DNA of 64,000 bases from NCBI RefSeq assembly GCF_030144855.1, contig NC_082714.1:94364001-94428000 (forward strand), given 5' to 3'. Under the pieces are notes generated by a model. The model was not told where the DNA came from. It did no database searches and saw only the letters and a list, made by a program, of their open reading frames with translations. This document shows, piece after piece, positions 24,942 through 36,990 of the stretch. This stretch comes from Hypanus sabinus. Taxonomy: Eukaryota. A program made the translations under genes and the position numbers. Numbering within the stretch: the stretch's first letter is position 1; each line of letters begins with the position of its first letter.

Positions 24942-25259
24942 GTAACCTTTGGAAACAAGCTCATTCATATCTAGATACTAGAACCCTTTTTTCTTCTTAA
25001 GCCCATCACCCCTCTTGAGCAGAAACGCCGGTCCTGTTTCACTGGAGTATTTTCGGGATAGGGTTGCTCGCCCCATATCCAGCCGACCTCTTTTAGCAGC
25101 CAGGCTTATAACTTTCCAAGAAGGAGATTGTTGTGTCCAGAGTGCATGAAGAGGGTGTAATTATTAGGTTCATCAATGAGACGGTAATCTTTATGCCGTC
25201 AATAGTGAGCAGATTAATTTTATGCTGCAGAGCGGTACTGATGAGTTTAATTTAATTTA

Positions 25260-25460
25260 CATGTACCTCACTGTACAGGTTCTTCCAATGGGTCCAGTCC
25301 ACGCCGCTCAATTACCAGTTACCTCGTATGTCCTGAGAATCTGTGATAAAACCGAAACACCCGGAGGAAATCTATGCGCTCACGTAAATACTCTTTACAG
25401 GGGTTGAACCCGCTATCTCACAGTTGGCTCTGAAAAGCCTTGCGCTACGCTACTGTGCCT
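25260..25460 (-). mobile_element. V-SINE (HE1-like) fragment
   Basis: The reverse strand has a tRNA-like head (GTAGCGTAGCGCAAG...GGGTTCAACCC) and GATTTCCTCCGGGTGTTTCGGTTT. Confidence 0.6.
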
Positions 25461-26169
25461 TCCATAAAATGTGGTCAGAACCATGGTAGATGAACGGTCA
25501 CCCTGAGAAATTTAAGGCAATGTGTTTTGGAAGCTCGGAACATCTACAAGGGAAGGCAGAAACCAAGGAACCACAGAGACAAGATGGTGCAAAAAACATC
25601 TCAAGTGCCGTGGAATAGAACTTAAGAGCAAGGAAGCACGTACAACATATTCAATTTGGGAACACATTAACCGGGCCAATACTGGAGTAGCGTGTGCAAA
25701 TTCTGGACTTTAAGCTATAGCAAGGGTGCGATTGTGCTGGAGTGGATGCAGAGGGGATTCACTAACTTTATTTCTTCGACAGTCCCGAATATTTCCTCCC
25801 TCATCTTAAAAGGTTCAATACGATTTTTAAGATGAGGCCAAAAGAGGTTTTTAACTAAGTAGTTAGGAATACCACTGGACCGTATCAAGTTGATTATCTG
25901 AGCAATCTACTTCGGAGCAGGATCAGACCATTTGGCTCAGCGAATCTATTCTGTCACTCCATTCAGGTCTGATTATTTTTCCATCTCAAATTCATTCTCC
26001 TGCTTTCTCCCTGTAACCTTTGATGCCCTTACTAATTCAGAAGCTATCAATCTCCGCTTTGAATGCATCCAACGACTTCACCTCCATAGCTACCTTTGGT
26101 AATGTGTTCCGCAGATTCAATACCTTCTGGACAGTCAAGTTGAAGACTTTGCAGTGGGAAATCGGCTTT

Positions 26170-27000
26170 TGAATAGTAATTACAACTCCATATATCTCAA
26201 GTGGATTTGCAAAATAAAAGTTTGCATGAAACAGAAATAAAAATTTTAAATTGGACGAAAGCCAAGTTCGTTAACATTAGGCAGGACCTGATTAGCATTG
26301 AATGGGAGAACCCGCTTTCTGCCAAGTCTGTATGTGTATGGATGGAGAAAGAGCAAGTGCTCAGGGCGAACATCTTCCTCTAATGGTAAAACAATGTGGT
26401 CATCATCTTAGAGAACTTTCGAAGTTACAGATCACTTAGTATTGGATAAAGAAAAAAAAACATGTGGCATGTATAGAGAGCTAACGACGAGCGAAGATGA
26501 TCGTTTCACGGTATAAAACGCACAGGGAAGGGCTGAAAAATAAAACCAGATTCGTAAGTGGTCAGGAAATCTCATTGGCAATCATATAAATGTTAAGCCG
26601 CGGACGTCCTAAGAGAATATTAAGTTCGATGGACTATCCAAAAAAAGAACAGAACCCATTACGACCAACGGTAACAATCTGTCTGTGGTGACAGAAGGTA
26701 CTGGCGAGGTCCTAAATGAGCACGTTTCATCAGAATTCACAAAGGAAGCGCACCTTGAAATTGGACATTTCATGAAAGGAAAAGGAGGTGTTCTGGTGTA
26801 AATCCTAATACATGAAGACAAAGTGTTCGATACCTTGGCGGCTTTAAATGGGGATAATCCATGGCAAGCAAACTGTGAGATTGCTGGTGTTTTAAGTGAG
26901 ATATTGAGAATAGTCGCTCGGCACATGAGATGCTTCTGGAGGCAGTATTTGAAGTAGCAGCGAAGACACTGTCAATTACATCCTATAAGACGAATATCAG
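26170..27000 (+). mobile_element. CR1-type LINE ORF2 fragment, degraded
   Basis: ILNWTKAKF..IRQDLI..EWE..L..KS...W motif, typical of the region upstream of CR1 RT, followed by degraded ..AEVLNE.F.S.FTKE. Confidence 0.6.
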
Positions 27001-27290
27001 TGGTAGGGATCTGAAAAGAGTAAACTCACAAAGACTTTATTATTCATCTCTTGGATCGATAGGTCTAAGCGGGTTGTGTCAATAGCTGATTCTGTCTGAA
27101 CAATCTGTTTGAAATTTTCGGAGTAGCCGACTCTAACAAAAAGTACAGAACAATTAAAATATATCTTACATGGGCTTCAGCGCAGCCTCTCTTAAGGTCT
27201 CACATGGACATGGACTGGTCGAAAAGGTCAAAGATCCAGAGAAATTTGACAAACAATCCGACTTTAGACTGGCAACATATTGCAAGGCCC

Positions 27291-30200
27291 TGGCGGTGGA
27301 ACGAACCCAAGTGCTGAACATGGGCTCGGGGGCCGAGGAGGGAGACGCTGCCGTCATAGCGAGCCGTCATGGTGGGAAGTGTTCCAAGGGGGGTTTTACC
27401 CGGAATCTTAGTCTTGGTAGATAATTTCGGGACAAGGCTAAATATAAATCTGATAGTCCTAAATACCTTTGAGTGAGGTTACTCGTAACACGAGTCGACC
27501 AACGAACTGGCACCTTTTTGTAGTTGTTCACAGGATTCTTATACTACTCTGGTTGACGGAGTGCGGATGTTCATAATTATAGGAACCCGGAAATAGATTG
27601 GGTACTAAATGAGATCTTAAAGGCCCAATTCCTGAGTAAGACAGCCAGGTGCCAGAAGGGATCATGGCAGTACCCCCCCCCCCCCAATGGGAGCCTCCCG
27701 GCGATCATCCAGGCCTGTCTATATAGTCCCAATGGAAGTCCTGGATGAGGGAAGTGTCTCGGATAATGGAGCGGGGGACCCAGGAACGCTCTTCAGGACC
27801 GTACCCTTCCCAGTCCACCAGGTATTGGAAGCCCCTGCCCCGACGGCGCCCATTGCGGGGGGGGGGGGGGGGGTTAGTCTCAGCTGGCGGACGCAATGGG
27901 CTGATGGAGATTGGTTTTAACGGAGACACATGAAAGTTTGGGTGAATACGAATGGACTTTGGCAGCGTGAGATGGACCACTGCGGGATTGATAATCCTTT
28001 CGACAGTGAATGGTCCCAGGAAGCGGGGAGCGTGTTTCCTATATTCGCATTTGAGCGGGATGTCCCTGGAGGAAAGTCACACCATCTGCCCGGTTGGTAA
28101 TCCGGTGCTGGAGTCCGGTGTCGGTCGGCCGTTTTCTTATTCCGATCTGTTGATCTGAGTAGGGTCGTGCCAGTTTCCTCCCAAATCTTCCGGCACAGAT
28201 CAACATGGTCCCGAATCGACGGTACCGCGATCTCTTCTTCCTGTGCGGGGAACAGCGGAGGTTGGTAATCAAGTGAGCACTCGAACAGGGACCTTCCAAC
28301 GGCAGAGCTCGCCAGGGAATTGTGGGCTTACTCAACCTATGAGAGATGGACGCTCCAGGTTGGCGGGTGGTTTGCCGTTACAAAACGTAGCATCGCCTCC
28401 AGGTCCTGGTTGACCCGTAGACGAACTGGGGAACTCGATCGGAGATGAGCCAGGGTCCGATCACTCCCAGTGTGGCAGGCAAACCGGGGCGTGCGCCCCC
28501 ATTGGAGGACCTGTGGCCTGACGGAGGCGGGCACGCATAGGCGATCGCCCGGTCCACTTCCAGGATCGGGGTCGTCCCGCTGGGTTTCCTTTACTTTCGC
28601 CTCAATCTCCCAAGAGAGGGTGGCCACCACGCAGGTTGGAGGGAGGATCGTCTCGGGACTGGAGGTGTCCTGCTTGGAGTCAAGCTGGCGGGAAAGCGCG
28701 TCCGGCTTGCCGTTCTTGGTTCCTGGACAGTATGTGAAGCTAAACTGGATCCGTCCAATAAGCAATGCCCAACGGGCCTGGCGGGAGTTCAACCGCTTGG
28801 CGTTCTGAATAAATTCCAGGTTCTTATGATCTGTCCATACCAGAAACGGGTGTTCTGCCCCCTCCAACCACTGCCTCTATTCTTCCAGCGCTAGTTTGAC
28901 CGCCAGTAGCTCCCGATTTCCCACGTTGTAATGCCGCTCGGCGAGAGTAGAAGGCGCAGGGGTTTTCGTCCGAACTTGCCCGTTGGGATAGGACCGCTCC
29001 CACCCCGGATTCGGAGGCGGCAATCTCCACGATGAATTGACGGGATGGGTCCGGATGAACCAGGATGGGGGCAGTGGTGAAACGCCTCTTCAGGTTGGTG
29101 AATGCTGAGTCATCTTCGGAGCCCCTGCAACACGGTGTGGTAAGCGAGGTAAGCCGGGTAAGGGGGGCCGCCACCTGACTGTAGATTCTGATGCACCGGT
29201 GATAGAAGATCGCAGACCTCGGGAACCGTTGGAGTTGCTTGCGGTCCGAGGGTTTGGGCCACTCCGTCACAGCCCGGATCTTCTCGGGATCAGCTCTCAT
29301 CTGCCCCCTTTCGATGACGTACCGTAGGAAGCTGACCGAAGGGACGTGGAATTCGCATTTCTCCGCCTTTCCGAATAATTTATTCTCCCCTAGCCACTGC
29401 AGGACTTGACGGACATTGTGCACGTGTTGCCGTGGACTGCTGGAAAAAATCAGGATGTCATCCATGTAGACAAACATGAAGCGGTTAATGAAGTCTATTA
29501 GTACATCGTTAATCAATGCTTGAAAAACGGCGGGGGCATTGGTGAGGCCAAAAGGCATGACTAAGTACTCGAAATGGTCTGAAGGGGTATTGAAAGCCGT
29601 CTTCCACTCGTCCCCCTCTTTTTTGCGGACCAAATGGGATGCGTTTCGGAGGTCCAAATTCGGGAAGATGGTGGCTCCATGAAGTGGCTCGAACCCAGAA
29701 CTTATAAGTGTAAGTGGGTACCTGTTCTTAATGGTTAGATTGTTTAGACTTCGGTAGTCGATGCAGGGACGGAGAGAGCCATCCCTCTTCCCCACAAAGA
29801 AGAACCCAGCGCCCACCGGGGACGATAAGGGTCGAATAATGCCCGCTGCGAGATATTCACTGATGTAACTTTCCATTGCTTCGTTCTCGGGCCGGGACAA
29901 ATTAAATAGGCGACTAGTCGGTCGCGGAGCCCCGGGGAGAAGGTCGATTGCACAGTCGTATGGGCGGTGCGGAGGCAGGGAAAGGGCTCGCTGTTTACTG
30001 AACACCTGTCCTAACTATTTGTAATCCTTGAGGACGCGGGACAATTCAAGGGGTTCACAGTTGGTACGGCAGGACAAGCTCCATTCGGCTATCCTCTCGG
30101 TAGACCAGTCAATACGGGAATTGTGTTGTGTCAGCCATGGGTACCTTGGACTACCGGGGCATGAGGTAACTGAATGAGGCTGACTCGTACTTCCTCCCGA

Positions 30201-31702
30201 TGGTTGCCGGATATAGTCAAGGTCAGGGGAGGCGTACAATGGGTCACCCGAGCCAGCAGATTTCCGTCCAGGGCCCGGGCTTCCAGGGGACCGCGATGTA
30301 TTCGAACCTGGGTGGCTCTCTATTCGTCCAGCAGGTTGCCCTCAGCACCAGAATCCACAAAAGTGGATAGGGACAGGAACTGTTGTTGGTAACTCATGGT
30401 TACCGGGACCTGCATCTCAGTCTGTGGTGCTGAGGGGAGTGTCGCCGGACCCACCAGAACAGTAGGAGTGGAAGCTTTGCGAGGAGCGGCAGCGAGGTTA
30501 GGGCTAGTTGGAGAAGGTAAGGTCGACCGAGAAACGGGGTAACCGGTCTTCTCTCTCAGACGTTCTCGAAGTCGATAATCTAATCGGATGGCTAGCAATA
30601 TCAGAGAGTCCAGACAGTCTGTGTCGTCCCTCGCGGCCAAATCATCCCTTATCTGATCCGAGAGGCCCTGTCGAAACACCTCTTGTAGGGCCTCATCATT
30701 CTACCCGGAATCTGCGGCCAATGTCCTGAACGCAATACGGGGCTACACTTGGCTACACTTCGCGAAGCCTGACGAAGAGTAAGTAGCCGTCTTGCGTCGT
30801 CCTTGCCGCGAATGGATTGTTCGAAAACCTTCTTCATTTCTGCGATAAAGGAGGAGAAAGAGGAACAAACTTTCGGCCGGTTATCCCACACTGTGGTTGC
30901 CCAAGCCAAGCCTCGTAGCAGCCCCATGATGTACGTAATCTTTGATTTGTCGGAAGCGGAGGTACGTAGCTGCAGCTCGAAAACCAGGGAGCATTACAGC
31001 AGGAAGGCCTGGTACCTGCCTAGGACCCCGGCGTAGTGTTCAGGTTCGGGCATGGACAGTTCTGGAGGGGATGGGATTGCGGACTCCCGAGGGAGAAGCC
31101 ATCCCGAGCTACGCGGTTTGGGTAGCTGGGGTTTTTGGAGGGGGTGGGGAGACAAAAGCGTAGAACCGGCCCATTCGTTCACTGACCTTCTGCACATTCA
31201 TGGTTAGCGTCCGAAGGTTGTCTGTGATCTCGCGAAGTAGTTGGTCGTGGGCGCCCAACAGGTAGCCCTGGCTAGTGAGGACCTCTTGCACGGAATCCGT
31301 GTCTGCTGGGTACATCGTGGAGAGTTCGTTCTGTTGCAGTGGAACTAACCCAAGTGCTGAACACGGGCGCGGAGCCTGAAGAGGGAGGCGCTGCCGTCGT
31401 AGCGAGCGTGGGAAGGGTTCCAAGGGGGGGTTTAACCGGAGTCTTGGTCTTGGTAGGTAATTCCGGGACAAGGCTAGACTTAAAACTGATAGTGTTAAAC
31501 AGCATGGAGTGAGGATACACGTACACGAGTCGATCAACGAACTCGCACCCTTTAGTACTTGTCACAGGATTTTTATACTACTCTTGTTGATGGAGTGCAG
31601 GTGTTAGTAAGTTTTGGAACCTGGGAATAGATTGGGAATTCAACGAGGTGTTACAGGCACAATCCTGAGTAAGACAGCCAGGTGCCAGAAGGGACCATGA
31701 CA
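27291..31702 (-). mobile_element. Ty3/Gypsy chromovirus (Tf1/sushi-like) LTR retrotransposon, non-autonomous
   Basis: 5' LTR 31332-31702 and 3' LTR 27291-27669, both TG...CA. A G13 PPT lies at 27673-27685. Also gag (MYPADTDSVQEVL.., ATG 31315), protease ([12 protein letters not shown]), RT ([31 protein letters not shown] 28824-30005), RNase H ([21 protein letters not shown]) and a chromodomain ([19 protein letters not shown]). The integrase core is deleted. Confidence 0.95.
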
Positions 31703-32219
31703 CAGCAAGTGTCTTGGGAGGATTGGGTCCCTGCTACTAGGTTGTTTTCCAAAAATAAGTGATGTAGACGTTGCTATTTGTAAAATTCCTGAGCAGTTTA
31801 GATTTTCAGAAAAGAAGCAAGACCAGTAATGAATGGAAAAGACGAAGAATAGCGAAATAACCGGTAGCACGAAGGGTAGTTTTCGCCAAGGGATGAAACT
31901 GACGGGTTTGTGAAATGTTCTATGAACGTTCTCTCAGATAATTGTGAGGTAATGATTTTTTGAAGGCTAATCGGACAAAGGATCTTTGCGAAGTGTAGGA
32001 AGATGGGATTAAATGAGTGCCCTGTGGTCGGTATGGATGTGATGAGCCGAATTGTCTTCTTCCCTGCAACGATGTCGCCCGGGAGCGAGGCGCCTTTATG
32101 TAGGTTGCGTTTCTTTTCCTTAGGATGGAAAGACTAAGCTAACAAAAAGTGTAGCAATTAGAAGGGATATAGATATGATAGATATTTATTGTTATTCATT
32201 TTATTTCGGGATGACGCCC

Positions 32220-32480
32220 TTCCGGACCTTCGAGCCGCGCAGTCAGCAACCAACCGAGATAACCTTTGTCTAGTCACGGGACAATACGCAATGACCAATA
32301 AAGCTATTAACCGTTAGGTATTTGGACTGTGGAAGAAATCAGCGCATCCGGAGAAAACCCACACTTTCTACAGGGAATGACGTTTCACGGAGAGGACGTA
32401 GACACCTCTACATTGGACGCCGGGATGGATCTCCAGACTCCAACGCCCTAGACTGTAATAGCGATTCACTGACCGCTACA
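32220..32480 (-). mobile_element. V-SINE (HE1-like)
   Basis: The reverse strand has a tRNA-like head and GTGGGTTTTCTCCGGATGCGCTGATTTCTTCCACAGTCCAAATACC, matching the V-domain. Confidence 0.65.
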
Positions 32481-32756
32481 CAGTCTGGAAACATTTAACA
32501 GAGCGATGAGATTCATGATAAGTGGCAGGAGATTTAGAACGGGCTCTCCAAACGGCCTTACGATCACATTGCTTGAGTGTGTAGCGATGCAGGTACTCGC
32601 GAAGTTTCTTAGAAGAAGTATGACAAACAGGTTACAAGGAGGACGTTGTGAATATAGATTACTACAGATATGTAATTGAACGCTAGCTGGATAATGGATG
32701 GAATAGTCTGTATTTGAAACCTTTATTAAAACTGGCCAATTAATTTCGGCATCCAG

Positions 32757-33063
32757 CTGAACCTCCCACGATATTCCTGTTAAGGCAGCCAGCGGATAAA
32801 ATTTCCCGGATGGAATTGGTGACTTTGAAGTGTTTGGTGAGAGGCGTGTCTTCCCATTTTCTGCGCATCCGCTGGAGCATATGGGGAAATGTTAGCGAAG
32901 GTCTCTCCGTTCCTTTCGATTTCTGATCTCGATAGGAGCTACAGTGTTAGAAGCTGCTTCCAGATTCAGGTGGATAATTGGCGCAGCCGTGTCCTCTACA
33001 ACTGCACCATTGGAGCTCTGATCAGGGACAATCTCTCCACTTAGAAAGATATCGTAGGAACCA
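32757..33063 (+). pseudogene. Ig C1-set exon of antigen-receptor-like gene A, disabled
   Basis: Phase-1 acceptor CATCCAG|. Reads AEPPTIFLLRQPADKISRMELVTLKCLVRGVSSHFLRIRWSIWGNVSEGLSVP, then after one extra T, SISDLDRSYSVRSCFQIQVDNWRSRVLYNCTIGALIRDNLST*. It aligns with the C1 exon at 53171-53491 (CLVGGLSSKHILIYWNISGQITEG..DPDQSYSVRSQ..WRSG..C). The 3' boundary is uncertain. Confidence 0.8.
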
Positions 33064-34097
33064 GTATTCTTGTCAGATTTATGACGCGAGGCCATTCGCA
33101 TCATTGTGTTTATGCCTGGTACCCAACTTAATCACACCATCCAGCACTGCCTCTGTGTCCCTGACCGCTCTTCCGTCGCATCCAAACAGTGATAAAGCAA
33201 AGTGATGAGAATCGCAATATAGTGAGAGCTTTTACCCCTACGGTTCACTGAGACTGTTACCGCTCACCGGGTGAAAACCTTCCCCTCACTTCTTTTATCA
33301 TCGCTCACAAATTTCTTTTAAGTGGTTTCTCTTGGGTTGACCACTCTGTTGAGGGAAATGCTCAGAATCAGAATCATATTTATTATAATTGACTTTTCAT
33401 TTATATCAATTCATTCTTATTTACTCAAAGTTCGAAGTATATTTATGATCAAACTACGTATGTGTCACTATATGCTACTACCCTGAGATTCGTTTTCTTT
33501 AGGCATTCAGAAGAAAATAAAGAAATGCAATAGAATTGGTGAAAGAAGAATATATAGCGAAGACTGACAATTAATCGAAATACAGAAGGAAGACAATCGC
33601 CTGCCGATGCACGTCTCCCAATGGATTTTAGATAAATAAGATTTAATTGTTACATGTACATCGATGTCAAATCAAATAAGTAGGTGGGCTGCGGGCCGCC
33701 CACAAGTGATATCACGATTTCGACGGCAGCATATCATGCCCGTCACTCACTAATGCAGACCCGTACGTCCTTGAAATGTGAGTGATAACTGGACCACCAA
33801 AAAAAAAACAACCCACTGGGGCAAGGGGATTATGTAAATCGCCTTTTACAGAGAGCGGCGGAAATTGAATACCATTCATGCAGACGGCGCTGTAAAACAT
33901 TGTGCTAACCGGTACGGTAGGTATAAATTTCCAAATCGCCTCCTGTACAGTATTCCCTAAAATTTATATATTCCGGAAATTCCTTTACAAATCACGGGTT
34001 CATTCATTCAACTTATCATTAGACATACTGTAAGTAGTTCAGGCCTAAAATTGACCAGTTCACTCCGACTCGGTCATCTAACCATTCCCTTCTCCAG

Positions 34098-34154
34098 GCC
34101 AATGTATCGCCTCCCAGAGCTATGCACGCTTAACGTGTTATCTACCTGTGACAG
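34098..34154 (+). other. Candidate connecting-peptide-like exon of gene A
   Basis: Good acceptor (CCCTTCTCCAG|), weak donor (|GTGGAC), 57 nt, phase 1-1, open frame GQCIASQSYARLTCYLPVT. No homology support. Confidence 0.2.
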
Positions 34155-36201
34155 GTGGACGATTTCAGAGTATGCGCGATCCTGTATATTCCGATTCTCC
34201 TTTACCCACCTGAAACGTTAGCTAAATATCAAACTCAAACCAAGTAGCTGCTGTAGCCCGGATATATTTACTCATGAGACGTGTGAACGGACCTCGTGTA
34301 AGATTTAAAGGATTCTTAGATAGGCACATAGATGAAAGGAAAATAGACTATGTAGGAGGGAAGGGTTAGATTGATCTTGAAATAGGTTAAAAGATCGGCG
34401 CAGCATGACGGCCACTTTGTTGGACTGTTCTCAGTTTTTGATCGATTCATATTTGAATAGACATCATCATTACTCTTGTACCTTATGATATACCAGCACT
34501 GCGCCTTCTCTGTAACTGCAATATTTCATACATCATTTTCTCATTTCGTACTATCTCGTTGTTATACGTGTGGAATATTCTTTCTGTACGGCAAACATAC
34601 ACAACGTTTCACTGTATCTCGGTGTATGTGATAATAATATAGATATTCATTACGATAAACTTTCATGACATATTGTATAACAGTTAAGGCCCCTGACACA
34701 AAGATCAAAAGAAAGTGACCAGTCAGATAGTTTTCTATGACATTCATTCAAGAGCTGATAATCCTCAAGCTCCAGTTTGTTATTGGCCGAGTTAGTTCTC
34801 GGGAAACCCTATGCCCAACTTTTGACCTTTGTATCGTCTTCACTTGAACGCTGCTATATGGATATCAAATTCCTTTGATTTTTGTTTTTGTTGCCATATA
34901 GTTACCAGCAAGTCTTTCTTTGTTGTGAGGCAGCTGGAATATCTGGTGGAAGCTCTCGTGAGCACGGAGAAGCGTGTACGCTTCACATAGAGGACGTCCG
35001 AGAGCGAAATCCAACTTTGGTCTCTGGAGTCAGGAGCTACTGTCACAATATAATGCGTCAAGAATATTTGAGACAGATCGACACCTATTGAAAGCCGGTG
35101 TCTCACACCCAAAGGATAATCAGAGACCCCCTTGTCCACCCTTGAAAGAAGTATTGCAGTAAGGATCCTTAAAGTTTTCGGCATCAGCATTGTGGCAGGC
35201 TAGAATAGAAGGTAGAAGTGGAAACACACGGAAAGATACCATTCGGAGGTCAAGTACCAGCTGGGCTAGTTGGAATGAATAGCATGTTCCTGTGGTGAGT
35301 CGGGAGCCACTTAGATAGGCTAGTATACAGATCCGAGGTTAGAATTTTTAGAACGAGTGGAAGACTAGAACACAAGATCATAAGACAAAGGATAATTCAG
35401 CCCACCAAGTCTGCTCTGCTGTTCCATGGTCGCTGCTTCACTATTCCCCTCAACTATATTCGCAACTGTTGACAGCCTTACTAATCAACAAACACTTAAT
35501 GTCGCCTCCACAGCGGCCTGTAATGAATTTCACTGATTCACTATACTCTTGATGAAGAAAGTCCTCTTAATTTCTAAGTGATTGGAAAAGACTTCCGGAG
35601 TTGTGCCGAAGGTAATCGGAAGAAATCGATATATAGAAACAATCTTATTGGTTACATTACAGTCTGGTATGGAGGGGATACTGCTCGTAATCAGTAGAGC
35701 ACATAAAGTTGTATACTCAGCTAACTCCATCATGAGCACCAACTGCACCAGTAACCAGGACTCCTTAAAAAGGCGATGCTTCAAAAAAGGCGGCACCCAT
35801 CACTATGGATTCCATCAACCACAACATGCCTCGTCTCATGGTTACCATTAGGGAGTAGTTACACTAGTCTAAAGACACATACTTAAATTTATAGGAACAA
35901 TTTCTTCTCCTCCGAAATTCAATGTCTGAATAGATAACGAGCCCATGTACATTGCCTCGCAATTTCCCTTTTATTTTGCAGTACATATTTAATTAAAGAT
36001 ATATATTATTGCAAACTATAGATGATGCTATTTGCAAAACAACAAAATTCGCGACATATGAAATGTATTGTACCTGATTCTGATAACACCTTGAATTTAT
36101 CTACAACCTGTTGTGTAATTTGAATACAGGAGACGACAAATGCTGATTCTAACGGATGGTAGATTACTTTTATATGGAAGTTGTTTTTTTTTGTCCTTCA
36201 G

Positions 36202-36283
36202 ATGGCTTTCTGTCTCCGTTCTGTATGCTAATTTCAATTGGCCTGTGGTGACCCTTCTCTTCTTAGCTGGAGGGGCGACCACT
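36202..36283 (+). other. Candidate transmembrane exon of gene A
   Basis: Strong acceptor (T-run GTCCTTCAG|) and donor (|GTGAGT). With one restored base it reads DGFLSPFCMLISIGLVVTLLFLAGGATT. No homology support. Confidence 0.3.
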
Positions 36284-36477
36284 GTGAGTCTAAGGTAGTA
36301 CAGGAAGGAAAGTGAATTAGGTAACTTGCCTTAACGTGCCGAATAATACCTTTCAAGAAAAACTCACTTCTAAATATTTCTTTTAATCATTAAAAAGGGA
36401 AACGGTTGGCAAAGGAATTACCCCCCTCTCCCCGCGAAATGATCCAGAACAAGAGCTAAGAACGTTCAATTTCAGCT

Positions 36478-36990
36478 GCACTTGTACGCCTGTTTGTTAA
36501 TGAACATATATAATCAAGTAGTCATGTAGCAGCAACTCAGTGCGGAAAATCATGCAAAAGTGGTCAAGACTTTTATTTGTTGTTATGAACAAACATCATA
36601 ATGGGGAAGAATGTGTTCAAAGGGACTTTGACGTGGAATGATTGTTAGTGGGAGACATGGTGCTTTGGGTATGACAGAAAATGCTGATATATTGGGGTTT
36701 TTGCTCACAGTTAACTCTAACGTTTGCAGAGAATGGTGCGATAAACAAAATAACATCTAGTGCCCGACAATTATGTGGGCCAAAACGCCTTGCTAATGAG
36801 AGACGACAGATGAGAATACCCACACTGGTTTAAATTGCCAGAAAGGGGACAGTATCTCAAACAACCACCTATTACAACAGTGGTGTACTGAAGAGCAGAT
36901 CTCAACGTATAATGCGTCGAACTCCGAACTGGATGGGCGATAGAAGCTGAAGATCACACCGGGTTCCACTCCTGCATCCAATAAACTGGA
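36478..36990 (+). mobile_element. Tc1/mariner transposon fragment (N-terminal HTH region)
   Basis: From ATG 36601, a degraded match to MGK..DL.DFDRGMIVG.R..G.SI.E.AD.LGF....V..V.REW, with a remnant terminal repeat CCAATAAACTGG at ~36978. Confidence 0.7.
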
